A DNA stretch of 64,000 nt from Eledone cirrhosa. Taxonomy: Eukaryota. Shown here in pieces: positions 41,280 through 53,861 of the stretch. Made by a program: the position numbers and the translations under genes. Positions within the stretch are counted from its first letter, which is position 1. Every line of letters begins with the position of its first letter. The notes under the pieces were generated by a model. The model was not told the DNA's origin. It did not search any database and saw nothing but the letters and a program-made list of their open reading frames with translations. The stretch spans positions 201,376,001 through 201,440,000 of the forward strand of contig OZ024740.1 in NCBI GenBank assembly GCA_964016885.1, read 5' to 3'.

Positions 41280-41510
41280 GAACTGGAATGGCTCTTCCAG
41301 CGCATCTCCCTCACCTTCCTCAGAAGAAAAGCCTTCTCTATTCTGTCCGCCGGGGCCGCAGAATGACCAGCGCGTGGGCCACCGTTTGCTTATAACAATG
41401 AGAGATGGAGACTGCAGGAGAGACTGAGGTAGTGACAATGAGAGTTTGGTTCCACTGTGTTCGGACCTGGTGTATATGTATATATTATTTACCGCACCAC
41501 ATTAATAAGT
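41280..41510 (+). mobile_element. CRE-like 3' fragment
   Basis: Similar to 20185-20390. Confidence 0.7.
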
Positions 41511-41774
41511 TTTCTAAAACTGTTAACACAATAAATGTAATCTGAGTTTTTCGAATATTAATAGTAATACTCGATTCGTTTGTAATTATGCAAACAGCCT
41601 CTTTAAAGCCATGTCAGTAGAATTACAACGTCGTTCTTGCTCTTGTGTTGACATGTAAACAGAACTGCAGACACTAACGTTTCTGTGCGATTACCCTTCA
41701 TCAGTACAGTATACTGCTTACCTGCCAACTGTCAGAGCTAGTGAAAATATAAGATATTTTCTAAAATATAGTGA

Positions 41775-42100
41775 CTGATCGGCCTGATTTGCATATTAGC
41801 AAACTCACTGATCAGCCAGATTTACATATTAGCAGACTCACTGATCAGCCAGATTTACATATTAGCAGACACACTGATCAGCCAGATTTATATATTAGCA
41901 GACACTCTGATCAGCCAGATTTACATATTAGCAGACACTCTGATCAGCCAGATTTACATATTAGCAGACACTCTGATCAGGCAGATTTACATATTAGCAG
42001 ACACTCTGATCAGCCAGATTTACATATTAGCAGACACACTGGTCAGCCAGATTTACATATTAGCAGACACACTGATCAGCCAGATTTGCATATCAGCAGA
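41775..42100. repeat. 33-bp minisatellite, about 10 copies
   Basis: Unit CTGATCAGCCAGATTTACATATTAGCAGACACT. Confidence 0.95.
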
Positions 42101-42429
42101 TAGGCCAGTCAGCTTCATGTATTCGAGCGATTAAAACGGGATATTAGATTTAAGATCGTAAGTTTGTGAGTTCGATTCAAGGTCATGTAGCTCCAGTACC
42201 TGGCAAAAAAATGATCACACACTGTGTCACGACAAATCTCCCTGAGAATCACGTTAAAGGTACACGTGTCTGTAGAATGCTCAGCCACTTCCATGTTAAT
42301 TCCAGGAGCAGGCTGTTCTATTTGAACAATCGTTGTCGGAATTGACGGAGGTCCAATAACAACAATATAAACCTAATGTTGATGATTAATTAAATAACTA
42401 TTATTGATTCCAATATGATATAAACTGTT

Positions 42430-42645
42430 AGGGCGATGGATTGACAGTATCGGTGGAGCATCGGTCAACATGCTTTATGGCAGAGTCACGGCCCTTTACT
42501 ATCTAGTTCAAATCCTGCCGAGGTTAGCTTTGCCTTTCATTCTTGTAGAGTCGATAACATAAAGTATCAGTAATGAACTAGGGTCTATTTAACCGACTTT
42601 CCCCTCCCCAAACGTTGGTGGCCTTGTGCCTTAATTAGAAACCAA
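42430..42645 (+). mobile_element. SINE, same family
   Basis: A/B boxes and core. Confidence 0.8.
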
Positions 42646-42819
42646 TATCATATAAGCTGCTGTTTTTATTTCCAGCCGAAGCCATTTCACTTCCCTTTAT
42701 ATATATACATCAGTATCAGTGCTCTGAAATAGCGATGTATGTATGAATGTATGTATAGTATATTTGATAATATACTGTATGTTTATTTAAAAACCGTTTG
42801 AAGACCATTCGCTATGAGT

Positions 42820-43430
42820 TTGTATGTATGTATGTATGTATGTATGTATCTATGCATGTATGTATGTTTGTATGTATGTATGTACGTATGTATGTATGTA
42901 TACATGTATGTATGTTTGTATGTATGTATGTATGTATGTATGTATGTATGTATGTATGTATGTATGTATGTATGTATGTATGTATGTATGCATGTTTGTA
43001 TGTATGTATGTATGTATGTATGCATGTATGCATGTATGTATGTATGTATGTATGCATGTATGTATGTTTGTATGTATGTATGTTTGTATGTATGTATGTA
43101 TGTATGTATGTATGTATGCATGTATATATGTATGTATGTATGTATGCATGTATGTATGTATGTTTGTATGTATGTATGCATGTATGTATGTTTGTATGTA
43201 TGTATGTTTGTATGTATGTATGTATGTATGTATGTATGCATGTATGCATGTATGTATGTATGTATGTATGCATGCATGTATGTATGTATGTATGTATGTA
43301 TGTATGTATGCATGTATGTATGTTTGTATGTATGTATGTATACATGTATGTATGTATGTATGTATGTATGTATGTATGCATGTATGTATGTTTGTATGTA
43401 TGTATGTATGTATGTATGTATGTATGTATG
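42820..43430. repeat. (TATG)n microsatellite
   Basis: Direct reading. Confidence 0.97.
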
Positions 43431-43460
43431 TTAAATTAGTGGTATGTTAAAAATCATGTG

Positions 43461-43630
43461 TAGGCGGCGAACTGGCCGAGTCGTTAGAACGTCGGATAGA
43501 CTGCTTTATGGTATTTGTTCCGACTCTGGTCGCTGAGTTCAAATCCCACCGAGGTCAACTTTGCCTTTCATCCTTTCGAGGTCGATAAAAAAAAGGTACC
43601 AATCTAGTCCTGAGGTCGATTCTTCCTCTC
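43461..43630 (+). mobile_element. SINE, related subfamily
   Basis: A/B boxes and core. Confidence 0.8.
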
Positions 43631-43711
43631 TCTCTCGCTGGAAGAAATCTGCTGTACTCAGGCCTGGAGAACATAATAATAGGTGAAAAACTGAGTAAAG
43701 TACCCCCTGGA

Positions 43712-44195
43712 CAGGGCCGAATTAATGAGGGGAGGGGGGCAAAGGTGGCAATTGTCCCGGGCCTCCTGCAGTCGAAGGGGGGGGGGGGGGGGGGGGGTCC
43801 CACAAGCGACGGCCGTAGCAATTTATTTGTGCCCTCAGCTGGGCTACAGATTTCTTTTATTTAATACGTTCCAATTATTTGCGCCAAGCTAACTTTGAGA
43901 TGTAAAATTAGGGTGGGGGGAGAGCTGTGTATCATAATTTGTTTTTGTATGCACCCCCCCCCCCATCCCCCTCACCCCCCACAAAAAAAAACCTAAAGTG
44001 CCCCGGACCCCCGCAAGATCTGAATCCAACCTTGCGCCTGGGTGCGGAAAAAAAATAACAGCGTTACTGTCCATTTTTGTATCTGTAAAATTGGAAAGGG
44101 GGAGGGGGGTGCTGTATATTCTAATTTTTTTAGTATGAGGCCCCTCCCCCAAATCTGAAATGCCCCGGGCCCTTCAAGGTCTAAACCCAGCCCTG
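43712..44195 (+). mobile_element. hAT-like non-autonomous element (related copies about 172-490 + and 17350-17612 -)
   Basis: Termini CAGGGCCG...CAGCCCTG; shared ACGGCCGTAGCAATTTATTTGTGCCCT; no clear TSD. Confidence 0.65.
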
Positions 44196-44388
44196 CCAAT
44201 GGGTGCGGGGAAAAAATGAATGGAAGTGTTATTGTCCACTTTTTCCGCACCCGTGGGTATTTTGCGTTAGTGAATTGTGTTAGAACGCACATATTTCAAA
44301 TTTAATTTTTTTTAAATGTAAATTTAAAAAAACACCGAAAAGGCGAGGGGGCCAACTTTTCACCTACGACTGAGCCATAGTCCGTTAA

Positions 44389-44592
44389 CCCTTTAGCATT
44401 TAAACCGGCCATATCCGGCCAGAATTCTCTCACCTCTTACTGTTCAAACCAGTCATAACTGGATGCTCATACCTATAATAAGGTATTGTTCTCAAAATAA
44501 GCGACATCAAAATCTCGTAGATTCAAATGTAAGGTAAAGCCTTTACTGTGAAAATACAATAGTAAATATAGAGCAATGTGAATGCTAAAGGG
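44389..44592. mobile_element. piggyBac-like MITE
   Basis: TTAA|CCCTTTAGCATT...AATGCTAAAGGG|TTAA. Confidence 0.85.
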
Positions 44593-45364
44593 TTAAATAA
44601 AAATATTGTAAAAGTTGTTACAATGTTTTAATTTTCGTCCGGCTATTTCATATATCTTTCATTGAAAGAATTATTTTAATGTCATTATCAACATCAGTAA
44701 TTTACGACCACAACTACCTTCCCTTCCCTGCTAAGTTGTAGACACCATTGCCATCATCAGCACCACTCCCAACACCACCGTAACCACTGCGATTGCCACA
44801 GACAACAACAACACCATCACCGTCACTACCAACAACAACACCATTACCACCTCGGAGTCCTTAACACCACCAACATCACAACATCCACTGCCGCCATCAC
44901 CGCCACACCAGCCCATCGACTCTCACCACCACTGTCACCGCCACCAACCTCACCACCAGCGACAACAACGTCCCCACAATACCAAGTCTTGGCCACTACC
45001 ACACCCACCACCACCACCATCACCAAAACTATCATCACCAACGTTACAACCATCACTCCATAACTCCAAGATGGAGTAAACAAAATAAGATCAAAAAAGA
45101 AGAGAAGGGGCGGAGGAAAACAAATAGTCATTGAGGAGGTCACATAATGTGAACTTTGACGATTTACTAATAACTAATATAATAAAGTTGAAATGAAAAT
45201 CGTAGAGTGCGTGTGTTTTTATTAGCAATATGATATCCTTAAATATATTAATATTTGTCTCAACACACGATTTCACATCAAGAATCTTGCAAAGTATATA
45301 TATATAGATATAGATATACGATATTAATAAATGGAAACTATATTTATAAAACCATATTTATTTC

Positions 45365-45420
45365 ATTATATATATTTCAAGGATACCAAGTTACATTATG
45401 GTATGCCTTCATCAGACAAA
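45365..45420 (-). ncRNA. HHR, same pLTR family as 11143-11198
   Basis: - strand CTGATGA-AGGC-ATACCA..TGGTAT-CCTT-GAAATATATA; flanks 45320-45445 resemble 11120-11237. Confidence 0.72.
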
Positions 45421-46619
45421 ATACAATATATAACAGTTTTATAAATAGACATTGACGTACCCCTTTAAAAATTGACCGTTGCTTTTGGAGGATGGCCTCC
45501 AAAAGCAACGGTCAATTTTTTTTTTACACTTTTCAACATGAATATTTATTTTTGCTGAATCTCAACTATTGCTTATTCTTTCCACCAAGTCTTTTTTTTC
45601 ATCGTTCACAAAAAAATTGAACTCGCCATATTTGTTATACTAAGTGAAGCCTTTCTTTCTGTTTCATCATATTGTCACGTTCACATACACATTTTTCAAA
45701 ATGGCTGCCAACGACCTGTTGCACTATCATTTTCGCGCCATTTTCTCGCGCAATAGAAATTTTTTTTTTTTCTCAACTTAACTTTGTTTCGGCACATGTA
45801 GGCAGCACACATCTCGACTCACTGAGATACCACACGCCATGGATAATGTTTCTCGCCAAGGATTCTCCAGCCTTAAGCTATATTCTCCTATTTGCCGGTT
45901 TAAAAATTTACCACGTAAATTTGTCGTTGAAACTGCGCATTTATTCAGAATGCTTATTTCTTTGGTCGCTGGCCTCTTGACCCTTCCAGGTCAACGCATT
46001 CTCAACATCGACCATCAACTTCGGCTGTTATTTCTAGCACTTTGCGCAACTCATTTTTTCTGGGAAAATTTTTACTGTGAATTTAAACAGCATCGAATAC
46101 GCTCACTCCGCGAGACAACAACATCAACAGCAACACAGCTTCATCAACAACCAAAACCAGCAGAACAAACCAGAGAATTTATTTTTGCAGCACTCTTCCT
46201 GTGAGAAAATCCCCTCGGAGGTTGGAAATTTCACGTTATACTACAAACCAGAAACTACCTGCATTCATTCTCTGGAACACACTTTCTTTCCTGCTGTCAT
46301 GTGATTGCACACCTGTGAACTGTATTTTGAACATTTGAACTTTGACCTCTTCTTTTACTTTGATTACATTGTATCTTTGAGTGACGGATAGATAGATGTC
46401 CAGTCGTTCTCTGGCCAAGAGCGGTTGGCTACCTTGATATCTATCATTGATTTTTGCATGGATATATTTTGCTGTTTTCCTTTTATTGCAAACATTATTT
46501 TTTTTTCGTAATTTTCATGCCTGTTACATGCTCGCCATCTTACTCCATACATGTTTCATTCGATTTTTATGTTTTAAAAATCTGGCGGGAGATAATGTAG
46601 CAAGAGTTGCCTCCCTTGT

Positions 46620-47010
46620 TGTGACGATGACATCACCAATAGAGTAACGCTCTATAGACAGGAAGTAGCTGGATTTGCTTCCCGTTTGGGTGGCAGAGCC
46701 CTTTTTGTCACTTCCGCCCCAGGACCTATAAAGGGAATAATTTTCAGCTCTCTCTCTCTCTCATTTGCCTTTCGGCTCCTGGCCTTCTAACCTGCCTAGC
46801 CCTTCGGCCAGGCGCGTTCGTCGGGCAACCCTAACATGGCCTCTTGCGAGCTAACTTCAAAACGGTAACAAATAACTTTACTTCATTCTTTCATCTACTT
46901 TCATTGACTTGTCAACTATACTGTTTTACATAACTGCAAATTGTTAATTAAACGTTATATACACAAACCACGTCTCTTGTTATATTCATACAATCCAGTA
47001 TTTTGTTATA
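46620..47010 (+). mobile_element. Probable solo LTR
   Basis: Starts TGTGACGA, TATA-like CTATAAAGG near 46727, CT tract, ATTAAA near 46948; ends and TSD not well defined. Confidence 0.45.
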
Positions 47011-47306
47011 GATGTTTGTTATTGTTCGTCAGATATTGTTAGTAGCAGCTTTACTTTCAACCTTCAAATATCAACTACTGACTATGGCAACGAATACAGC
47101 CACACATCTCCACTCACTGAGACACATACACTCAATTCATTCGCCATAAGTCACAAACATTCACGGAACCACCCATCAAACCAACAACATTACTACAACA
47201 TCTGCCGTGTCAAAGTGAACAACAATAGCAAACCCAAACCAACTCTACAACCAAATAACTTTCCATCGCTACATATATGCACACTTACAGTATATACGTA
47301 CATATA

Positions 47307-47416
47307 CAGGGTGCCCCCCCCCCCTCCCCCAAAAATGTATACACCCTTTCATTACCTGTACAGGTAATATTTATTAAAATACTGTTGAAGTATGTATACA
47401 TTTTTGGAACACCCTG
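47307..47416. mobile_element. Tc1/mariner MITE
   Basis: TA|CAGGGTG..CCAAAAATGTATACA...TGTATACATTTTTGG..CACCCTG|TA. Confidence 0.82.
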
Positions 47417-47435
47417 TATAGTGTATACATAATAA

Positions 47436-47622
47436 TTGTTTCTACTTTTGGCACAAGGCCAACAATTACCCAGTGCATTACTGATACTTTATTTAATCGA
47501 CCCCGTAAGGATGAAAGGCAAAGTTAACCTCGGCGGGATTTGAACTCAGAATGGCAAGGGTCGTAACTCTATGCGTCAAAGCATGGCGTCCGACCCTCTA
47601 CCGATACTGCCAATCCACCGCC
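47436..47622 (-). mobile_element. SINE, same family
   Basis: Reverse-complement match. Confidence 0.85.
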
Positions 47623-48951
47623 TACATAATAATAGGCCACGCCTGGAACAACCTTTTACCATAAGTCAAGCGAGGTGAGGGCTAACTTGTATGAGGTGTG
47701 GTCTAATACAACCACCAACAATGATATTAACCTTACAAATTAGAATTAATAATGACTTATAAAATTGACGGAAAAAATGAAAATCTTCAGAAATTTACTT
47801 TAAATGCCACAACACCTAACAAAATGTTTAAATTCGTAAGAAAATAACAGAGTTGTTTTTCTTGAAACAAAAACATGAAAGAGTTATTTCCCTTGATATT
47901 TTCCTAGCCTGGGTTGGCGAGGTTGTCTCACATCCTGTTAGAGATAGCAGTGAACACTTTCAACGCTGCGCGATGTTAAAACATCGAAGGACAGATCAAA
48001 TTCTTCCATTCATCAAAAGCCAATCAAACAAGGGGAGCTATAGAAAGTTTAACAATGTTACTGATGTTGATTCAGCATTGACTGGAACAAGTCAAGTAGT
48101 AAGTAGGTTTGGCATATGTTTCACGGTCTTGAAATCAACTCGTCTAAGTTGGAGTACGCGAACGTCAAGTACGACGCAGAGAGCTTCACGGCCTACCTCT
48201 CGGACGTGTGATCATCACTCCGCCAGGTGCAGGTGACCCCCTAGGAAAAGGCCTTTATCTTCTGGTCGCCGATTCTCCTGCCTGCCATTCGCTCTACCCC
48301 AGGTTCAGACTACGTCAGCTAGAATCCGTGATGAGTAGAGTGAGACTTGTTGAGACCCACTCAGCACTCTTTCTCTTGAAGAACTGATTCACCATGCCCA
48401 AGCTTTTATACACCTTCCGGAATGCCCCCTACTACAGCCGAGCATTTCTCCTCACAGATCTCAACGTCTGTATCCGACGGGCTACTGAGGATATATGCAG
48501 CAGGCCACGTTACCATTTTCAACATTCATAATGTCTTTTTACAAATATTGTGTGTTGGCACGACCAACCACCAAATATATCTGAAATGCATGTAGGGTAG
48601 GAAAGCAAAACCATGTAGCATGCATTCATTCAATGTCCATACATTGCTAATTTGTGGGTTTATGTGGAACAGCTTTCTTTAGATTGTGTATCTACCACAA
48701 AAAGTTCAATTGCTTTCAAAGAATAATTTGATGGAAATCTGGTTACTATTTCTAGCATGAGTAGTTACCTTATAGAAGTTCACTTGTTTTAAGTGAAATT
48801 TGATTGAGCACTGCCCCACGGTTTAATAGTATATTCCAATTAATAGAGTATTCAGAGACTTACAAGATCCCAGTATTGAATAATCAATTAATTGGAATTC
48901 CACTCCCATACATCTCTCATGAGGATAAGCGAAAGTATGCAGTGGAGCCTT

Positions 48952-49617
48952 CAGCCCACACTGTAAAGTGGTCGTGATGGTGACACGACAAAAAATGGCC
49001 AGCCCACACTATAAAGTGGTCGTGATAGTGACACGGCAAAAAATGGCCAGCCCACACTGTAAAGTGATCGTGATGGTGACACGACAAAAAATGGCCAGCC
49101 CACACTATAAAGTGGTCGTGATAGTGACACGGCAAAAAATGGCCAGCCCACACTATAAAGTGGTCGTGATAGTGACACGACAAAAAATGGCCAGCCCACA
49201 CTATAAAGTGGTCGTGATAGTGACACGACAAAAAATGGCCAGCCCACACTATAAAGTGGTCGTGATAGTGACACGGCAAAAAATGGCCAGCCCACACTAT
49301 AAAGTGGTCGTGATAGTGACACGACAAAAAATGGCCAGCCCACACTATAAAGTGGTCGTGATAGTGACACGACAAAAAATGGCCAGCCCACACTATAAAG
49401 TGGTCGTGATAGTGACACGACAAAAAATGGCCAGCCCACACTGTAAAGTGATCGTGATGGTGACACGACAAAAAATGGCCAGCCCACACTGTAAAGTGGT
49501 CGTGATGGTGACACGACAAAAAATGGCCAGCCCACACTCTAAAGTCGTCGTGATGGTGACACGGCATAAATGGCCAGCCCACACTGTAAAGTCGTCGTGA
49601 TGGTGACACGGCAAAAA
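48952..49617 (+). repeat. 48-bp minisatellite, about 14 copies
   Basis: Unit CAGCCCACACTATAAAGTGGTCGTGATAGTGACACGACAAAAAATGGC. Confidence 0.95.
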
Positions 49618-49734
49618 GCACCTAGTACTTACTGTAAATGAGGTTGGTGCAAGGAAGGGCATCCAGCTGTTGGTTTTGCCCGTAAAATCTGTCCAGCAAT
49701 TATTTCCTGAGACATTCTAACGACATGTGCATAG

Positions 49735-50170
49735 TATCAGAGCTGTGATCTCTCAATTCGAAGATGTAGCAACTCAACCTGGAGTAACTCTCTGATCTTT
49801 GCGTTACACTCTCGATCGAATAACGTTACTCCAAAGACCCTTCGGAGGAACCCCTTTTTGGCCGCTTGTACTTTCAGTTATTACCCAAGATTCATGACCA
49901 TAGGTAAGTGTTGGCATGAATACCGAATTGAAGATAGTGATTTTAGCTTTTACACCTACCTCCCTTCTACTGATTACTGAAGCTGTCGCATTACTGCACC
50001 AGCTCCTACAATTCTTGCACTTAATTCAGCCTCCTGCCTTCCATCACTCATGAACATGGCCCCAAGATACTTGAAGTTCCCTACCTGCTTCAGTGGAACT
50101 TCATTACAGTACACTGTACAGGCTTCCTTGAGAGGATGAGTATCTCAGTTTTTGCAGCACTCAGCATCAA
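49735..50170 (-). mobile_element. RTE LINE fragment
   Basis: QVGNFKYLG..SDG, PTLTYGHESW, FLRRVFGVTLFDR, LRIERSQL. Confidence 0.8.
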
Positions 50171-50384
50171 ACCTAACGAACCTGATTTGCATAATACAAT
50201 AAAGAGGAACATTGTCATAGATATCAATTAAATATGTGAACATTACCTTTGGGCTGACCTACAGACATCAAGATTGGGTAAAGTTTTTATGTTTTTTTTT
50301 AGATTTCAATATAAAAATATTCTTCTCCATGCCCTTACCATAGCAGTGTTACATCAGGTGTGTACCTGTTCAAAATATACTCTA

Positions 50385-50515
50385 CAAATATTGTGTTGGA
50401 GAAGCCAGCAACCAAACATATCTGAAACCCATGTAGGATAACAAAATCATGGAGCATGTTTTCATTCAATGTTCATACATTGCTAATTTGTGGGTTTATG
50501 TGGAACAGTTTCTAG
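50385..50515 (+). mobile_element. L1/Tx1-type zf-RVT fragment (second copy about 48540-48680)
   Basis: MEHVFIQCSYIANLWVYVEQ; two similar copies. Confidence 0.6.
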
Positions 50516-50529
50516 ACTCATTCTCTCTT

Positions 50530-50975
50530 ATATACATATATATATATACACCAGATACAAACACAAAAGAACTAAACTACCACTGTCTCTGCCTCCATCT
50601 CTCCCGCTCTCCCCATCTCTCATTATTGTGAGCAAATGGGGGCCCATGCACTGGCCACACCGCGGCCTCGACAGAGAATAGAGAAGGCATTTCTTCAGAA
50701 GATGGTGAGGGGGAGCTGAGCATTCCAGCTCGTGAGGCTCATAACTGTGGGTAGCCAACTCTGTGCCAATGGTCGTGAGCAGGGAGGTGGCCCTAAGGCA
50801 AAGGACACTAGAAGTCTCCACTGCTACGGGCTCGACCTCAAGCCTGTTGGAGAGCAACCGATATTTGGAGAGTTTACTCTCCTCAGCCGAAAGTGCAGCA
50901 AAGCTTAGGTTAGTCACAGACCACCAGGTTGTTGCTGGAGAATGTTGCTGTGGAATCCCAGATGAGGGGTTTACC
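50530..50975 (-). mobile_element. CRE-like 3' fragment
   Basis: AALSAEESKLSKY..EPVAVETS..IGTELA. Confidence 0.75.
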
Positions 50976-51959
50976 ACTACAGAACAGGAAGATGGTCATG
51001 TCGTCTGGCCTTTTGCTGTCTCCTCAGTCTAGCCCTGCTGGTTTGAGCTGGGAGAGCAAGCCTGCAGCATCTATAGATTGTGTTAGGTATTATCCATATA
51101 GATTTTATTTTGGCATTATCAGTATTAATACTCATCATTTGTGAGATGAATTTAAATATTTTTATTTTCAGTTTTAATAGTCTGAGTTCATTTGTAAAGA
51201 TCTTTCACACACGAAAAGAAAAACTATTAATTCTGTTGCACACTCGCATTAGGTCATTCCACCTGCCAAATTCACTCATAAAGCATTGGTCAGTCTGCAG
51301 CTATAGTAGAAGACACTAATCCAAGGCGTCTTTAGTGGGATCAATCACAGAACCACGTATTTGTGAAGCAGGCTTCTTAATCACACAGCTATACCTTTCC
51401 CTATCAAATGGCTATATTCTCTGTCAAACCATTTCTTTATATCTTAATCTTTCTTCTGTAGACCTTTAGCCAATAGAAATTTCCTTTGGGCATTTTGTTC
51501 TCAACTCATCTTTGATTGTCTCAACAACTTTGTTTCATGCTTCAGCAACTCTGAGCTTGAAAAAAATGTTTACTTTTGGAAACATTTGTTCAAACTATCT
51601 GCATCAGTTGTTAACTGTCGGGACACTGCTTTCTTCAAAACTTTCAGAGTTCCTCAAATTCGCCAACGCTACACCTGATATTCCCCTTCCATACATACAT
51701 ACACACGTACGTACGTACGTACGTGTGTGGTGTGTGGTGTGTGGTGTGTGTGTGTGTGTGTGTGTGTCACCAACCGCTTTACAACGTATATTAGATATAT
51801 TTCCTCATACCTCCAGCATTAAAGACGTATTTCAGGACTACAGTGTCCCCTTCTACGCTGTATCAGTTTTTATTTAAAGTTACTGTTCTCCTTAGTTAGG
51901 CTGCCTTCACTACAATTTCGTATCTTCTGTGCAGTTTTTATATGGAATGACTGCTCTCC

Positions 51960-53225
51960 TTGACAGGCTGGTCTTCCTGCAAATATTTTTGGGAGTTAGG
52001 CCTTAAAATTAACCTGGCTAAGACTAAAGTTCTAGTTTGTAGGAAAGAAAATAAGGCGGCGGTCCCTTCCGGGAAATGGCCATGCTCAGTGTGTAGGAAA
52101 GGCGTAGGTAGAAACTCCATTTTATGTCCCAAATGCAAAGTATGGGTGCATAAAAGATGTAGTGGGATCACAGGTAAGCTAACTAAGAACATAGATTTTA
52201 CATGTGGCCGGTGCTCTGGTGCAATAAGTAACAGCAAGTGCCCACAAAATACTAGCTCTTTCAATTGCGCAGAGGGTTCTATAGAAATAGTGGACAGCTT
52301 CCGTTACCTGGGTGACAAAATCAGCAGTGGGGGAGGGTGCTCTGAAAGTACAGTAGCTAGAGTCAGAACTGGTTGGAAAAAGTTCAGAGAGCTTATACCA
52401 CTATTAGCTGCTAAAGGGTTCTCCCTAAAAATGAAAGGCAGGTTGTACGATGCCTGCATACGAACAGCAATGTTGCATGGCAGTGAGACCTGGGCATTGT
52501 GTGCAGAGGATATACGCAGACTAGAGAGGAACGAAGCTTGCATGCTCCGCTGGATGTGTAATAGTAATATATGTGAACGGCTAAGCATAAACGAACTAAG
52601 GAAAAAATTAAAAATAAGAGGGATCAGATGTTGTTTACTCGAGAGAAGGCTATGTTGGTATGGTCACGTGATGCACATGAAAGACGACAGCTGTATAACA
52701 AAGTGCAGGGCAATAAAGATAGACAGTAGCCACGGAGTAGGCAGACCCAGAAAAACCTGGGACGACATGATAAATTCCGACCTCACACGCTTACACCTCT
52801 CCAAAACAATGTCACTGGACCGAGACCTTTGGCGGTCCTCAGTAATAGAGAAGACCCGCCTTACCTAAATACAAAGTAAAACCTACTACAGTCAGTAGGC
52901 ATCTCTAACAAAACACACCCCCACCCCATCCACACCGCCCCTTTCAATGTAAAGTTATGTTGGTGCCACAACATCCAGGCCGAAACAAATGAGATCGTGT
53001 AGGTGTCACGACAAAAAACACACAGTCCACGCTGTAATGTGGCCGTGTAGGCAACACGGTAAAAACCTCCCAGCCCCACACTGTAAATGTGGTTGGTATT
53101 AGGAAGGGCATCCAGCTGTAGAAAATCCGCCAGACAGTCCTATGCGAGCAAGATAATCACTCTTGCCTCAAGTGGGAAAACCCCCGTCCAAACCCATGCA
53201 AGCGTGGAACACGGACGTTAAACCT

Positions 53226-53263
<38 letters not shown>
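51960..53263 (+). mobile_element. 5'-truncated RTE-clade LINE with 3' UTR and (GAT)n tail
   Basis: ORF 51960-52868: GLKINLAKTK, PHD-like Cys/His insert, FRYLG, MLHGSETW, WYGHV, GRPRKTW; tail 53227-53263. Confidence 0.92.
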
Positions 53264-53264
<1 letters not shown>

Positions 53265-53806
53265 CTGCTCTTCTGAATGGGTTGACTTTGCTACAGGTTA
53301 TGGAATCTAATTATACAAAGTTACTGCTTCATTGTTCAAGATTTATTTGGAGTTAATGCTCTTCCAGATGGGTTGTCTTCATCAGAGCTTGCAGAGTCCA
53401 CGTCAATCCTGAATTGCAAATCCGAATCATCTTATCTTTACCATAGTCTTTCATAACATGGAATGGCATGAATAAACTCTGATATTTCAGTAACTATAGC
53501 CATATGACAATATTGGAGAGGGTAGAGAGACCAAAGAAGACATTGACAAGAAAGAAAGTAAAAACATGAAAACTTGCCATTAAGTTTTTAATAACTGTTT
53601 TATTAATTTGGCACCAGCCATTCATTATACAGCTCTTGTTTTAAAAGGTCTATATACAAAGTTCACCAGTAGAAGTGTGGTCAAAGTCTAAACGCTACTG
53701 TCAACCACAGTAATTGCTGCTAACTCTGGTCACTGTAATAATAATAATACTAAGCAGGAGCAGAAATGAAGAGTTCTGCAACATTTTTCAAAAATAGCAG
53801 ATAATG

Positions 53807-53861
<55 letters not shown>

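Noticed and set aside
41771-42103. Repeat protein ORF (DQPDLHISRHS)n
   Set aside because: Open frame is a by-product of a 33-bp unit; no splice or other coding evidence
48130-48500. Gypsy integrase remnant
   Set aside because: Only weak motif resemblance (AIRSTP); not supportable without a search
48952-49617. CRISPR-like appearance of the 48-bp array
   Set aside because: Contiguous units with no unique spacers, no cas genes, eukaryotic context
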